A stretch of 64,000 bases of DNA from Mytilus edulis (taxonomy: Eukaryota), in the NCBI RefSeq assembly GCF_963676685.1, contig NC_092350.1:77190001-77254000 (forward strand). Reading direction: 5' to 3'. The notes under the pieces were generated by a model. That model saw only the letters and a program-made list of their open reading frames with translations, ran no database searches and had not been told where the DNA came from. This document shows, piece by piece, positions 52,901 through 62,127 of this stretch (within the stretch, counting starts at the first letter, position 1; every line of letters begins with the position of its first letter). Both the position numbers and the translations under genes were made by a program.

Positions 52901-54223
52901 GAACTCAAAACTCAAAACAGGTATTCAAATGAGTTTAATAAGATTATTTAAGCACATGCATACTTATTCAAACAAAGTAGCAGTATTTAAAAAACTTGTT
53001 ACAATATAAAAGGAGCATTAAGTCCTCTTGCACTTAAAATCCCCCATGAAGAATTTGAAAAATTGGCAGATTATGGAGTTGATGAAGATCGTAGATTATT
53101 TCTGTTAGTTTTTTACACAGTTTGTACACACTCAGCTCGTTTTAGATTTAAATAAAAATACACAGATGTCTATTGTTGAATACTGCATGAAACATTTTAG
53201 GTGTTTTTTGTTGTTTGGTTGATTGCTCTAGATGTTTACCCAATATTTTCTTTTACATTTTGAATGCACTTAAACTGTAGAGGTACTATTTTAAACCATA
53301 ATTTTAAGAATGATAAACTTCTTGCTATTTTGCAAGAAATAAATGGTAGTGCTGACTCTTATTACTTAAAAAACAATTAAGTTCAGAAATATTAACTACT
53401 GGTACTCAGCCAGGCCCTAAGCATATATTCACTTAAGCTTATAATCTGTTATGAAATTTTAGTTGTAGTTATCATATAAAATTTAATGACTGTTGAGATC
53501 CTTTTGAAGCACACATTCATTAAGTTTATGGACATATGCATATGAAAAAGGAAACTACTTAAAATAAGTGGATACATATCAACACTAGCTGTTTGAAGCT
53601 TAAGTATGTTAAAGTGCTATGAAGAGATTGTGACTTTTTATATTCAATTTTTGGTCTTTTTCAAAAGATTCTTTATTTAGAATCAAATTTTGGACTTCCA
53701 AGTACAGCATTTTCCATAATTCAAAATAGTCTTTCCCTGTAGTAAGTTTATAACATGTCAAATTGGCTAACTAAAATTCAAATATGACACCCTTCTTTTG
53801 TTTAAAAATTAACATAGCAATGTTCTAAGCTCAATAAAACAGGGGTGCAATGTGCCAGGCATCACAAATAAAATTTCTACATCAGTTAAATTTGAATGAC
53901 CACTAAGATAAAAATGATCGTTTTATTTGCTCACTAGGAAATTAAAAAAAAAAACACTCCATACTTAGTAAGTCTAAATGTATTTGTCCACTGTTAGTGG
54001 TGACACAGTTGGTTGTCTAGAGCATTTTCAGAATTTTAATAAAAGTTAATTCGATTTTGGGGCTATTTAATTACACTCATAAACTTTAACATTAAAGATC
54101 AAATACATATATATTTTCATTGTAAAGTATATCAATCTTTATATGAAAATAAATGTCAATAGAACTTAATTAAAATTCTTACCTGACAGATTTTTTTGAG
54201 GGAGAGTTTTTTTTCTCCAACAT
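8031..54223 (-). CDS. LMNTD1-like: Whole spliced gene span: LMNTD1-like intermediate-filament protein (head + lamin-type rod + low-complexity linker + lamin tail domain + extension), ~1108 aa with last exon 8031-8186 or ~1093 aa with last exon 10703-10813
   Basis: Shared exon lengths 41+840+90+186+280+126+221+440+166+76+231+88+106+173+107 = 3171 nt (1057 codons), open throughout with matching phases. Rod start EKEELQRLNDRF, rod end AEIEALKALLQEEERRL. The tail QQNVGGHPVAVYRFPP...HQPPTDYVWKEQ...CTTILCKPNGQAIAW resembles vertebrate LMNTD1/IFLTD1 as I recall it. Confidence 0.85.
10703..10813 (-). CDS. Alternative last coding exon 16a (AGSIRIGQPSPFHSPLQQEFAQAYDNRLTSLVRFSS*)
   Basis: GC-richer island with acceptor ctatttttag at 10814, open in phase 0 to TAA at 10703. 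Possible weak donor TAG|GTGTGT at 10697. Confidence 0.6.
   Translation of the reverse strand, partial: AGSIRIGQPSPFHSPLQQEFAQAYDNRLTSLVRFSS
12775..13127. mobile_element. hAT-type MITE (CAGGGG…CCCCTG termini, 8-bp TSD ATTGATAG)
   Basis: ATTGATAG at 12767-12774 and 13128-13135. Confidence 0.8.
14337..14443 (-). CDS. Coding exon 15 (GAPYAGASAQRMGSASLRKYSPTHNIRGNGTITNKS)
   Basis: 107 nt, phase 1/0, acceptor tttatttcag, donor AGT|GTAAGT. Confidence 0.85.
14569..15130. repeat. 34-bp minisatellite (caaggtaacttaaatgacatactatgctggcttg), ~16 copies
   Basis: Direct periodicity, e.g. caagg at 14806 and 14840. Confidence 0.95.
15136..15447 (+). repeat. Dispersed repeat family ending …gctcattgttgaaggcc…ttggcaatcataccacatcttcttttttatat; related copies 8545-8755(+), 48329-48451(+), 61741-62127(-)
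   Basis: Mutual similarity of the four copies within the window. Class not determined. Confidence 0.7.
15484..16146. repeat. 64-bp minisatellite, 10 copies plus a partial, made of the exon 14 3' end and its splice donor
   Basis: Donor-equivalent position recurs every 64 nt from 15519 to 16095. Confidence 0.95.
16097..16269 (-). CDS. Coding exon 14 (QKQQPPTLSPQKHPHGG…RQSRSQTTRPDPIP)
   Basis: 173 nt, phase 2/1, acceptor ttttatag, donor CCAG|GTAATG. Its 3' end is the first unit of the 64-bp array. Confidence 0.85.
16358..17862. repeat. 38-bp minisatellite (tcagatgacctttgtaccaagtttgactgtacacaaaa), ~40 copies, with a 452-bp higher-order duplication
   Basis: Period 38 (16433, 16471). The rare variant tcaattgacatttg recurs at 16885 and 17337. 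Confidence 0.95.
18263..18368 (-). CDS. Coding exon 13 (DINDEFDQVNQIDDEGLTEMTVNINEQKPEAVYLR-R), acidic
   Basis: 106 nt, phase 1/2, acceptor ttttgtag, donor AG|GTATAA. Confidence 0.85.
18654..18741 (-). CDS. Coding exon 12 (AIAWTTAAHRFTKNAFEDSKAPSEADQIL)
   Basis: 88 nt, phase 0/1, acceptor tttacacag, donor G|GTAAGT. Confidence 0.88.
18815..19090. repeat. 70-bp tandem repeat, 4 copies
   Basis: atttaccatt at 18821, 18891, 18961 and 19031. Confidence 0.95.
19287..19635. repeat. 34-bp minisatellite (acagactgtaattgtgtttagttgtattcacata), ~10 copies
   Basis: Direct periodicity. Confidence 0.95.
19835..20065 (-). CDS. Coding exon 11, lamin tail domain core (EVEFGGYMIQQNVGGHPVAVYRFPP…CTTILCKPNGQ)
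   Basis: 231 nt, phase 0/0, acceptor tatcttaaag, donor CAG|GTCAGT. Contains the YRFP, TVW and W..G lamin-tail motifs. Confidence 0.95.
21820..21895 (-). CDS. Coding exon 10, start of lamin tail domain (AVGDVKILDVNQEGKYVRLVNEGGK)
   Basis: 76 nt, phase 2/0, acceptor tcttgctag, donor AAG|GTAAGA. Matches the lamin-tail G.V.I..V...GK(F/Y)VRL.N pattern. Confidence 0.92.
24150..28600. repeat. Large homogeneous 65-bp minisatellite (68-bp variant units), ~68 copies
   Basis: caggagggg at 24181, 24246 and 24311 onward. Only a few recurring variants. Confidence 0.97.
28625..28745. repeat. 30-bp tandem repeat, 4 copies
   Basis: tttaatgaccttgactacccaacataacca periodicity. Confidence 0.9.
31443..32568 (-). 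mobile_element. HINE family D nested in family A; ~161-bp tandem repeats x5-6 and (CCGC/CCGA)n
   Basis: Hairpin gctgtc-acaac-gacagc, subTIR aaccggattt / aaatccggtt. Host ataatc|aaaaatc is restored on removal. Confidence 0.85.
33104..33514. mobile_element. PIF/Harbinger-type MITE, ~29-bp TIR (GGCCAAAAAAAATATATGTCTGTTTCCTG), TAA TSD, nested in family A
   Basis: TAA at 33101-33103 and 33515-33517, near-perfect TIRs. Confidence 0.85.
35473..35638 (-). CDS. Coding exon 9 (SGRSGQSLGQGKDYFDEMFRDL…HDYTTATS-S)
   Basis: 166 nt, phase 1/2, acceptor attacag, donor AG|GTAAGA. Confidence 0.88.
36125..36564 (-). CDS. Coding exon 8, Pro/Gln/Thr/Tyr/Ser-rich linker (LTAPVDVSS…VVRVKSAP)
   Basis: 440 nt, phase 2/1, acceptor gacctgtag, donor CCGA|GTAAGT, inside ORF 36006-36674. 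Confidence 0.88.
36743..37312. mobile_element. MITE with TTAA TSD and GG termini (Kolobok/T2-like), TIR GGTGG.TCGGG.CTATTCGA
   Basis: TTAA at 36739-36742 and 37313-37316, ~20-bp TIR with 2 mismatches. Confidence 0.8.
37762..37982 (-). CDS. Coding exon 7 (IRMIDHQRQSLEE…LKAEIEALKALLQEEER-R), end of rod
   Basis: 221 nt, phase 0/2, acceptor tctttgaag, donor AG|GTATTT, ORF 37752-37988. Confidence 0.93.
38581..40816 (-). mobile_element. Full-length HINE family A copy
   Basis: subTIR tatacgaccgca at both ends, terminal hairpin, (GAC)n, several internal tandem modules. Confidence 0.88.
41225..41350 (-). CDS. Coding exon 6 (ISALKVQMENDASTIERLDKEKSQVLGSIGDLKARITNLEGE), coil 2
   Basis: 126 nt, phase 0/0, acceptor ccaacag, donor GAG|GTAAGA. 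Confidence 0.92.
41607..41710 (+). repeat. Short dispersed repeat fragment; related inverted copy ~23240-23395
   Basis: aaattgagaatggaaatg.ggaatgtgtcaaag…ggtcttcaa shared between the two loci. Confidence 0.6.
42950..43035 (+). repeat. Repeat carrying a decayed minimal type I hammerhead ribozyme (42979-43022)
   Basis: gcgtca CTGATGA gtct tatgt agat GAAt gcgc GTC tgg. The CUGAUGA box, stem II and GUC triplet are present, but GAAA is mutated. Confidence 0.65.
43247..43526 (-). CDS. Coding exon 5 (WEKEQLLRQELEEKL…ESEQQYTKN), end of coil 1B / linker / coil 2 start
   Basis: 280 nt, phase 2/0, acceptor tacttttcag, donor AAT|GTAAGG, overlaps ORF 43229-43444. Confidence 0.92.
43660..43790. repeat. 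30-bp tandem repeat, ~4 copies
   Basis: ccagtaaata at 43667, 43697, 43727 and 43757. Confidence 0.85.
43861..44037. mobile_element. Old Tc1/mariner-type MITE, TA TSD
   Basis: ta|cagtgtaacctgcctaatc … gattagacaagtaaccctg|ta imperfect TIR. Confidence 0.6.
44091..45180. repeat. ~1.1-kb diverged foldback palindrome (centre ~44730) with a ~150-bp GC-rich insertion at ~44326-44474 in the left arm
   Basis: ttacagtgactt … aagtcactgtaa outer ends, ttccatggggagat … atctccccatggaa inner ends. The arms align throughout. Confidence 0.85.
45338..45523 (-). CDS. Coding exon 4 (LLVETDRNRKLVDQINNCQQKINNLEQEL…NLTRENESFKR-R), coil 1B
   Basis: 186 nt, phase 2/2, acceptor ttattttcag, donor AG|GTATGC. Confidence 0.9.
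45748..46320 (+). mobile_element. Probable one-ended DNA transposon remnant starting TTAA|AGGGGCACT
   Basis: Kolobok-like terminus. No matching right TIR found. Confidence 0.4.
46372..46461 (-). CDS. Coding exon 3 (YQLEDVSKEKIILQQHCGKHQQSAQDLED-R), coil 1B
   Basis: 90 nt, phase 2/2, acceptor cctattcag, donor AG|GTAAAT, heptad pattern continues. Confidence 0.88.
47427..48266 (-). CDS. Coding exon 2: long head domain plus coil 1A/start of 1B (…LSRAQEKEELQRLNDRFTQYISKVRQL…LYERELESLR)
   Basis: Within ORF 47423-48346. Acceptor ttttctactttcag at 48267, donor AG|GTAAGT at 47426, IF helix-initiation motif present. Confidence 0.95.
49480..51353 (-). mobile_element. Full-length HINE family A copy with a ~36-nt poly-C tract and internal deletions
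   Basis: Same termini as 38581-40816. (GAC)n at 51269-51295. Confidence 0.88.
51370..52468 (-). mobile_element. Full-length HINE family B copy
   Basis: Terminal stem tgtcgagc…tgcaac aaaa gttgca…gctcgaca, (GCC)n at 52383-52412, ~150-bp internal repeats. Confidence 0.88.
54183..54223 (-). CDS. Coding exon 1 (MLEKKNSPSKKSV-R), not in the ORF track
   Basis: ATG at 54223 with A at -3 and an in-frame TAA 9 codons upstream. Ends AG|GTAAGA in phase 2, which matches the acceptor of exon 2 and gives KKSVRFSDSY. Confidence 0.7.
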
Positions 54224-57200
54224 GATTTCTACAATGCTAACTATTTGTTAAAGACATGTGTTGTCATAGAAACGTGTACACAATTGACTTCATTAGATGT
54301 ACTCCCAACTGAATTCTACATTAGAGACAATATTGTTTTAAATCCAATATCTACTTGAAGAGTTCTTTTGGTGACTGAGTGTATTGTTGGCAATTAAAAC
54401 ATATAAATATCTTCCAAAGAAAAACCTTTATCTATTTCTTATATTCAATAATTCAAAACACTTTAATTAACTCACAAAAACCGAAGCATTACCATGCTAA
54501 CAGCCAACTATCCATAAAAGCATGATGAGTTCAAATAATGTTTCATTATCAACCATTTCATAGATTTTCTCATTTTAAACTTTAATTCAACTTTTTTTCA
54601 AATAAGTAGTGTGTCAACAAATCATTTTACCCTTTAAAATATACTTCAAAGTTCTTTGTTCAATTTACATACTTTTTATATTTTAAATTGATCCTTCGAT
54701 TAAACAATAGCTGTCACTTTATAAATAATCTGAGTCTCAAAACTCCAAAGAGAAGATTGTCAAAAAGTATCCAATTTACAAACTTAATCAATTCCTAACA
54801 TGCAGCTGTGTGACAATTCTTCAATTTAATCAATTCTAATGCAGGTATCTTCAAAATTCCACTTTACAATTTACAATCCTATTATAATATATAGCCTGAG
54901 ATGATATTATCACTTATACACCTTTCTCTATAAGCAGTACGTGTGTTCCCATTATTGGAAACTTACAAATCCATGTAATTTATTTTACTGCACTTTCTCT
55001 AATTTCCAATAAATTTTTGATCCCTGAAAATATGTGGTACAATATGACAAGAACATGTAATTCACAGCATGCACAACATAGAGCTTGTCCCACGACTTCT
55101 CTATAAAATTAGTGATATATGCAAGTAAGGTCTTGCTAAATTCTTTATGGACACAGGTAACATTATTCACCTGGTAAATTTTCAATCACTTACAACAAAA
55201 TGAACATTGTAAATAATAAAAAAATAAAAACATTATAATCTGATTATTATATCAGCTATAAAATGAAATTACACAATGTTACATATATAATGAGATCAAT
55301 TTCAATGGAATTTGGATTTAAATCCAATTTACAAAAACACAAAAGAGTTAAATTGTTCAACCACAGATGAAATAACATTAAAATTTGAAAAATAAAGAGG
55401 TATTTTATACAAATTTTAAAACAATATATTAATTGAAACTTTTAAGTCCATGAAATGTTTCTTATATCATTAACAGTGGTACGTTAGTGTTAATTAAGCT
55501 CTATTGAAAAAGACCACTTTTGACCATTAACAGAACATGCTATATTAAATGATTGTAAGATATGCTACTTTATTGAGATATTAGCTAGTAACTAGAGGCT
55601 CTGAGGTTGAGATTACACAATGATCTCTCAGACTCTTAAGGACCCTCAATTATTTTACAAAATGACACTTCTTTGAGTAATAATTCTTGGATAATGGACA
55701 GAAAATTTTACTTTTGATTGCAAACATTAACCAACCTGGCATGCAGTAGTGTAAGAATCAATCTTATAAACAGTTACTCCTTACACATTGTTTTTGAAAA
55801 AAAGTTTAAAAAAATTTGTAACATGTATAAGATAGAATATTTTCAATGTAATGTGAAGAAATATGTAACACTATAGTTTTTTTTCTGAAATTCTCTCATT
55901 TAAAACTTTCATTTCATAATATATATCTTTTATAATTTTTTTAATATACTATTATGATGATCTATCATAAGTTACTTATAAAAACACTATATACATGATA
56001 TAAAAAACAAGAATTTTGATCAATGAAAAAAAGTCACTGCATAAAAACAGAAGGGGCACAGTGTTATATATATACATTGTAATTAATATATATACATTGA
56101 AGACATGGTGTCAAAAAAGCAATTACATCCATAGTTATATAAATGTAAGGAGGGAAAAGCAAAAAATATAACTTAACACTATTTTATTCATATGACTTGA
56201 TTCAGACATACAATATGGTGGGGTTAAACAACTTCAATTTTTGATACACAATTTTTGATTCAGGCATACAATATGGTGGGGTTAAACAACTTCAATTTGC
56301 ACACATTAAACCATTCTAAAAATCTAGAATCTAAAAATCCGAAAAGTCATGTCATTTTAATTTGATATCTTTATCTGGAAACAATGTAATTAAAACTTCA
56401 TAAAAAAGTTTGTACTTAAACAGTTATTTAATAACTTTTTCAAGCTTAAAATCTTAAGAAGATTTTTAAATTAGTTTATAAATACTGAAATGATTCTTCT
56501 AATTATATCCATCAACGACTTACATACTGTGACAGTGACTCCATTAAATCACAAAATCAAATTGTTAGACATTAATTCTCCATTTATTCTCCACATTCTA
56601 TTAAATCCACTTTCTGATAAAGGATTAAAATCAAGAAGTCTTTTAAAAACAGCCAATTAATGCATGGTAGTAACGGTACTTCATATGGTAAACAAATGTC
56701 AACTACTTGGGTATCTATCCCACCATTTAAAATAACAGCTCTGATCTGGGATCATTAAAAATCTTATTATCTTTTATTCACCAACTGTAAAGATTGTATT
56801 GTGACACACAGATGATATTTTAAATTCAAGATTATTCATATCGGCATGAAGTCTAACAGATCATCTCTAGTTAAAAATCTTTTTAAAAAACTTTGAAACA
56901 CTGAAGGAAAAATACATAGCAAGAAGGTTTATCTTAAATTCTTAGTAAAAATGGATATGTGATTTAAATGTTTGTCAAATCAAATATACGGGATATATAA
57001 TAAACTGTTACGTTAGTCTATTGATTTCAGAAAATCTCTGTTTAAATGGTTGCTTTATTATGTGTATGTAGATCAAATGATCAATTCAATATTAAATTGT
57101 TTGGACAAGTTGTAAGAAAATTTAATATGTATAATTTTAATTTCTATAAACTGAGATCTTGAGGTCAGCCTTGAAATGCTACATATTTATATATCTATTT

Positions 57201-57283
57201 AGCATAATGGTAATCCAGGGTTTAAAACCTACAAAATGGTACATCAATATACAAGGTCTTACATTTACATCAGTCTAGATTGA

Positions 57284-57495
57284 AACAAGAGTGCACACAC
57301 TGAAATGTCTCGCCTTCCTTACTAACCATTGATTTTATTTTGATAGTCCTAAATATAAAGCTTAACTACAAGTATCACATAAACTGAATATGATCCAAGA
57401 AAATTAGGTCTAGGTCAGATTAACCAAACTATAAATATATGTGCACCTTACAATCATCAATACACCAAATATAGTTGACCTATTGCTTATAGTTT
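57284..57495 (-). mobile_element. Truncated HINE family B-related copy (further fragment ~57790-57850)
   Basis: aacaagagtgcacacactgaaatgtctcgcc terminus. Confidence 0.7.
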
Positions 57496-58354
57496 CTAAG
57501 AATTTAGAAACAGACTTAAAAATAACGTTCATGTTGAGATGAAATCTAATAGTTTACATAAATAAAAGGGTACATATTTACGATAGTGATTGTTTTTCAA
57601 TCCTAATTTACAAATTAAATGATTCAGATACTTAATCATGTGTAAAAATCGGTGTCAGGAATCAGAAGTTGTTATGAAATTGTAATACACAGAAACGAAT
57701 GCGGCCTACGGAGGTTTAATGATTTCCTAAAGTCGGCACCATTGGCCTTCAGAAGACTTGAAGTATCTTCCACCAAAAACTAAAAATTGACCAATGAACC
57801 ATATAAATGAGGTCAAGGTCAAGGTCAAATAAAACATGCCAGACTAACGGCATATATTTTGTATTTGTAGTTGAGGTTGTTGAACTTCTTCCCTCCATTT
57901 GACCACCTAGGTTTCAATTAAGCTCCAATAGCTTCTAAATCTATCTCAAATAAAGGCTAAACTAACATGATTGCTCTTATATCTGATGGCCTTTAAATGA
58001 CTTGCTGAGACCAAACAAGTCATAAAAAAGACTGTCAGCATAAAAGTAATTAAAGACTACATTAAGCCACAGTATAATTGGTCAAAATATTAAACTGGTC
58101 ACTAACTTCTGGTTATCCAAAATGCAGATCCAAACATTATCAAAAAATCCAAGTTATAACTTTTAAATTTAGGTATGCATATAAACATTTACATTACATG
58201 AACAATTAATAGTAGTGATGTCATGTTGTAAACACAATCCCTGTAATTTCTTAATTAATGATTGATTGTTACAAAATGTATTTGCTAAACATGCTAAAAG
58301 GAAATTATGTTTAAATATAATAATGATTGTTATTTATTCCAGTTTGGATTAAAT

Positions 58355-58495
58355 AAACTTGTCATTAATACCAGTATTAAAATAGTGTATGCCAGACAGG
58401 TTTCTTCAACAAAATACTCATCTTCGATACTCGAATCAAAAACAATTAAAGGCCAAATGAAGTTCAAAGTTGAAAAGCATTGAGGACCCAAAACA
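58355..58495 (-). repeat. Second, more decayed copy of the hammerhead-bearing repeat
   Basis: Minus strand reads gagtatcgaaGATGAgtattttgttgaaGAAAcctGTCtggcata. Confidence 0.5.
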
Positions 58496-59244
58496 CAAAA
58501 CTGATGGTTACAGGTATGTCTTGTTAATACACCCTGACTTAAATCAGTACTGTTCTTTTGACATTCAGAAATTAATCCCTTATTTTTCGTTATGCCTACA
58601 AATATATTAAGATCTACTTTTTGGTTCATAATGATGACTTACAAATTACAACCTGAGTAGTGTTTAGATCAGGTTTTAGGTTTAACCAACTTTTACAATA
58701 ATGATGTTCTTTGAAATTGCAAAATTTATGAAAATATACTTGTCCAGTGTTTTTGGTAATGTTTACAGATTTTACAAAAACTTTATTTTCAAATTTTCAT
58801 AGAATACCATGGCCATCAAGGAATAAACGGCTGGGACATGAGCGCATGATATGACTTCGTCCTCAGTCAATATACTTCATTAAGGTCAATATATCCTTGT
58901 ATCAATCTCATACAAAGGCTATAATTTTATGATACCTCCCGTAAATGGGTGTATAAAAGGCTTATTATTCAAAACTGTCATAAAACTTTGTTCATTTAGT
59001 TTTTACCCATACTTTAGGAGCTTTTTCGCATTCACAAAAATGTGGATCCCTAAAAACTTTAAGATATAGTTCATTATTTATTATAAGTGTTCAAGAAAAG
59101 CTCAAAACAGAGGAGTTATGCGTCATGTAATAGCAATATGGACAAAAAAGAGGTGTTAAGTTAACGTAGTAAATGTAAAACAGCACCTGTGGTATCAACA
59201 GTGAATCACCCATCTTTATCACAATCAGAGTGAAAATTCACCAC

Positions 59245-59724
59245 AACAAGAATGTGTCCATAGTACACAGATGCCCCACTCGCACTATCATTTTCCTTGT
59301 TCAGTGGACCGTGAAATTGGAGTCAAAACTTTAATTTGGAATTAAAATTAGAAAGATCATATCATAGGTAACATGTGTACTAATTTCAAGTTGATGTGAC
59401 TTCAACTTCATCAAAAACTACCTTGACCAAAAACTTTAACCTGAACTTCGCACTATAATTTTCTATGTTTAGTGGACCATGAAATTGAGGTCAAAACTTT
59501 AATTTGGCATAAAAATTAGAAAGATCATATCATGGGGAACATGTGTATTAAGTTTCAAGGTGATTGCACTTCAACTTCATCAAAAAACTACCTTGACCAA
59601 AAACTTTAAACTGTAGCGGGAAGAACGGACTAACAGAAGGATGAACGGACAAACAAACGGACGGACGGAGCCACAGACCAGAAAACATAATGCCCCTCTA
59701 CTATTGTAGGTGGGGCATAAAAAA
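59245..59724 (-). mobile_element. HINE family G (two ~168-bp repeats, (ACGG)n)
   Basis: Hairpin tgtgt-ccatagt-acaca, subTIR atgccccac / gtggggcat, ends in an A run. Confidence 0.8.
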
Positions 59725-60165
59725 GTGTGTTCAGTAGTTTATAAGTACATTAAGGAAAATCAAACTTAGCAGTCTGTATAAAATGACAATTACTGATATT
59801 ATGAAAAGAGGAAAAATTGATTGTTTCTCAGTAATTAACTTACCGATAAATTATTTTTACTGCCATTACAAATGATCAGTAATACATGAAATGTACAGAA
59901 AAGCTTTATATATGTGAAAAGATCAAGAGAGATAACTGAGAAATCAAAATTCAAAGAAACATATATCTTACAAAAACTGAATGAACCGGAGAATCCTATG
60001 CATATATGTGTATAATATTCATGATATTAGGATATAACAATGTATTGTAGTTAGATTCATATTGAGATGATATTAAAAATTTGTAATTTAAAAGGGGCAT
60101 TAAACCAACAAAAACTGAATGAACTAGAAAATCCTACCATAATGCACATCTACATATTAGTATCT

Positions 60166-61390
60166 AACTAGAGGCTCTAAAGAGCCTGTGTCGCTCACCT
60201 TGTGAATACATGTATTAAACAAAGGACGCAGATGGATTCATGACAAAATTGTGTTTTGGTGATGGTGATGTGTTTGTACATCTTACTTTACTAAACATTC
60301 TTGCTGCTTACAATTATCTCTATCTATAATGAACTTGGCCCAGTAGTTTCAGAGGAGAAGATTTTTGAGATTTACGAAAAATAGTTAAAAATTGACTATA
60401 AAGGGCAATAACTCCTAAAGGGGTCAACTGACCATTTCAGTCATGTTGACTTATTTGTAGATCTTACTTTGCCGACATTTATTGCTTTTTACAGTTTATC
60501 TCTATCTATAATAATATTCAAGATAATAACCAAAAACAGCAAAATTTCCTTAAAATTACCAATTCAGGGGCAGCAACCCGATTCATCTGAAAATTTCAGG
60601 GCAGATAGATCTTGACCTGATAAACAATTTTACTCCATGTCAGATTTACTTTAAATGCTTTGGTTTTTGAGTTATAAGCCTAGACTGAATTTTACCCCTA
60701 TGTTCTATTTTTAGCCGTGGTGGCCATCTTGGTCAGTTGGCCGGGTCACGCCACATATTTTTTAAACTAGATACCCCAATGATGATTGTGGCCAAGTTTG
60801 GTTTAATTTGGCCCAGTAGTTTCAGAGGAGAAGGTTTTTGTAAAAGATTACTAAGATTTACGAAAAATGGTTAAAAATTGACTATAAAGGGCAATAACTC
60901 CTAAAGGGGTCAACTGACCATTTCAGTCATGTTGACTTATTTGTAAATCTTACTTTGCTGAACATTATTTAAACAGCAATATTCAAGATAATAACCAACA
61001 ACAGCAAAATTTCCTTAAAATTACCAATTCAGGGGGCAGCAACCCAAAAACGGGTTGTCCGATTCATCTGAAAATTTCAGGGTAGATAGATCTTCACCTG
61101 ATAAACAATTTTACCCCCATGTCAGATTTTCTCTAAATGCTTTGGTTTTTTGAGTTATAAGCCAAAAACTGCATTTTACCCCTATGTTTTATTTTTAGCC
61201 ATGGCGGCCATCTTGGTTGGTTAGCCGGGTCACCGGACACATTTTTTAAACTAGATACCCCAATGATGATTGTGGCCAAGTTTGGTAAAATTTGGCCCAG
61301 TAGTTTCAGAGGAGAAGATTTTTGTAAAAGTTAACGATGACAGACGCAGGACGACGACGGACGCCAAGTGATGGGCCAGGTGAGCTAAAA
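60166..61390 (-). mobile_element. Full-length HINE family C copy
   Basis: aactagaggctctaaagagcct…gctcacct … aggtgagctaaaa, ~480-500-bp internal repeat. Confidence 0.88.
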
Positions 61391-62127
61391 ATGTACAAAG
61401 TTTCATGAAGATGCTGTAAACCATGTTAGAGAAGATACAATGATTGGTTCTTCAAAAATTTCTAGCCAAGTGGTATAACTGAAAACAAGTCTTAATATAA
61501 CAGAACAATAATCTACCAATAATCCACATGAACATGTGTATTTTATGGATCTAACAATGAACTTAGTTAAGATTCATGGTAACAGGATAAAAAATGTAGG
61601 ACTATAGAGGAGTTGCAATGAAAAAGTCAATTCTGGTTAAACAGAAGTTGAAGTGAATCATACAAAGTACAAAGACAGTCAGGCCAAGCTAATTGTTATA
61701 CCCCCAAAATTATTTTGTAGTCAAAATCTGGCTTAATTAAATATAGGAAGATGTGGTGTCAATAAGACAACTCTCAATCCATTTAGTCACAATTTATAAA
61801 AGTAAACCTTTAAAGAGTAAGGTACAGTCTTCACAACAGAGTCTTGGCTGACATTGAACAGCAAGCTATAAATAATAAAGGTTTCCAAAAAATTACTACA
61901 TTTTTGTAGTGTAAAACCATTCAAACAGGAAAACCATACGTCTAATCTATATTTTTTTTTGAGAAACGAGAAACATTTATGAACCACATCAACAAACGAC
62001 AACTATAGCTACTAAACATGAGATTCCTGACGGATGCAAACAGTTGCAGCGAGACTAAACTTTTAAATGGTACCAAACCTTTAAGCTTTTCCCTTATCTG
62101 AAACAATAGTGTAATATCACAACATAG

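Noticed and set aside
8031-54223. Calling the gene the nuclear lamin (LMN)
   Set aside because: No CaaX, no post-rod NLS, long head and linker, and an LMNTD1-type tail.
54224-55200. Promoter/TATA for the gene
   Set aside because: TATA-like words are ubiquitous at this AT content, and non-coding upstream exons cannot be excluded.
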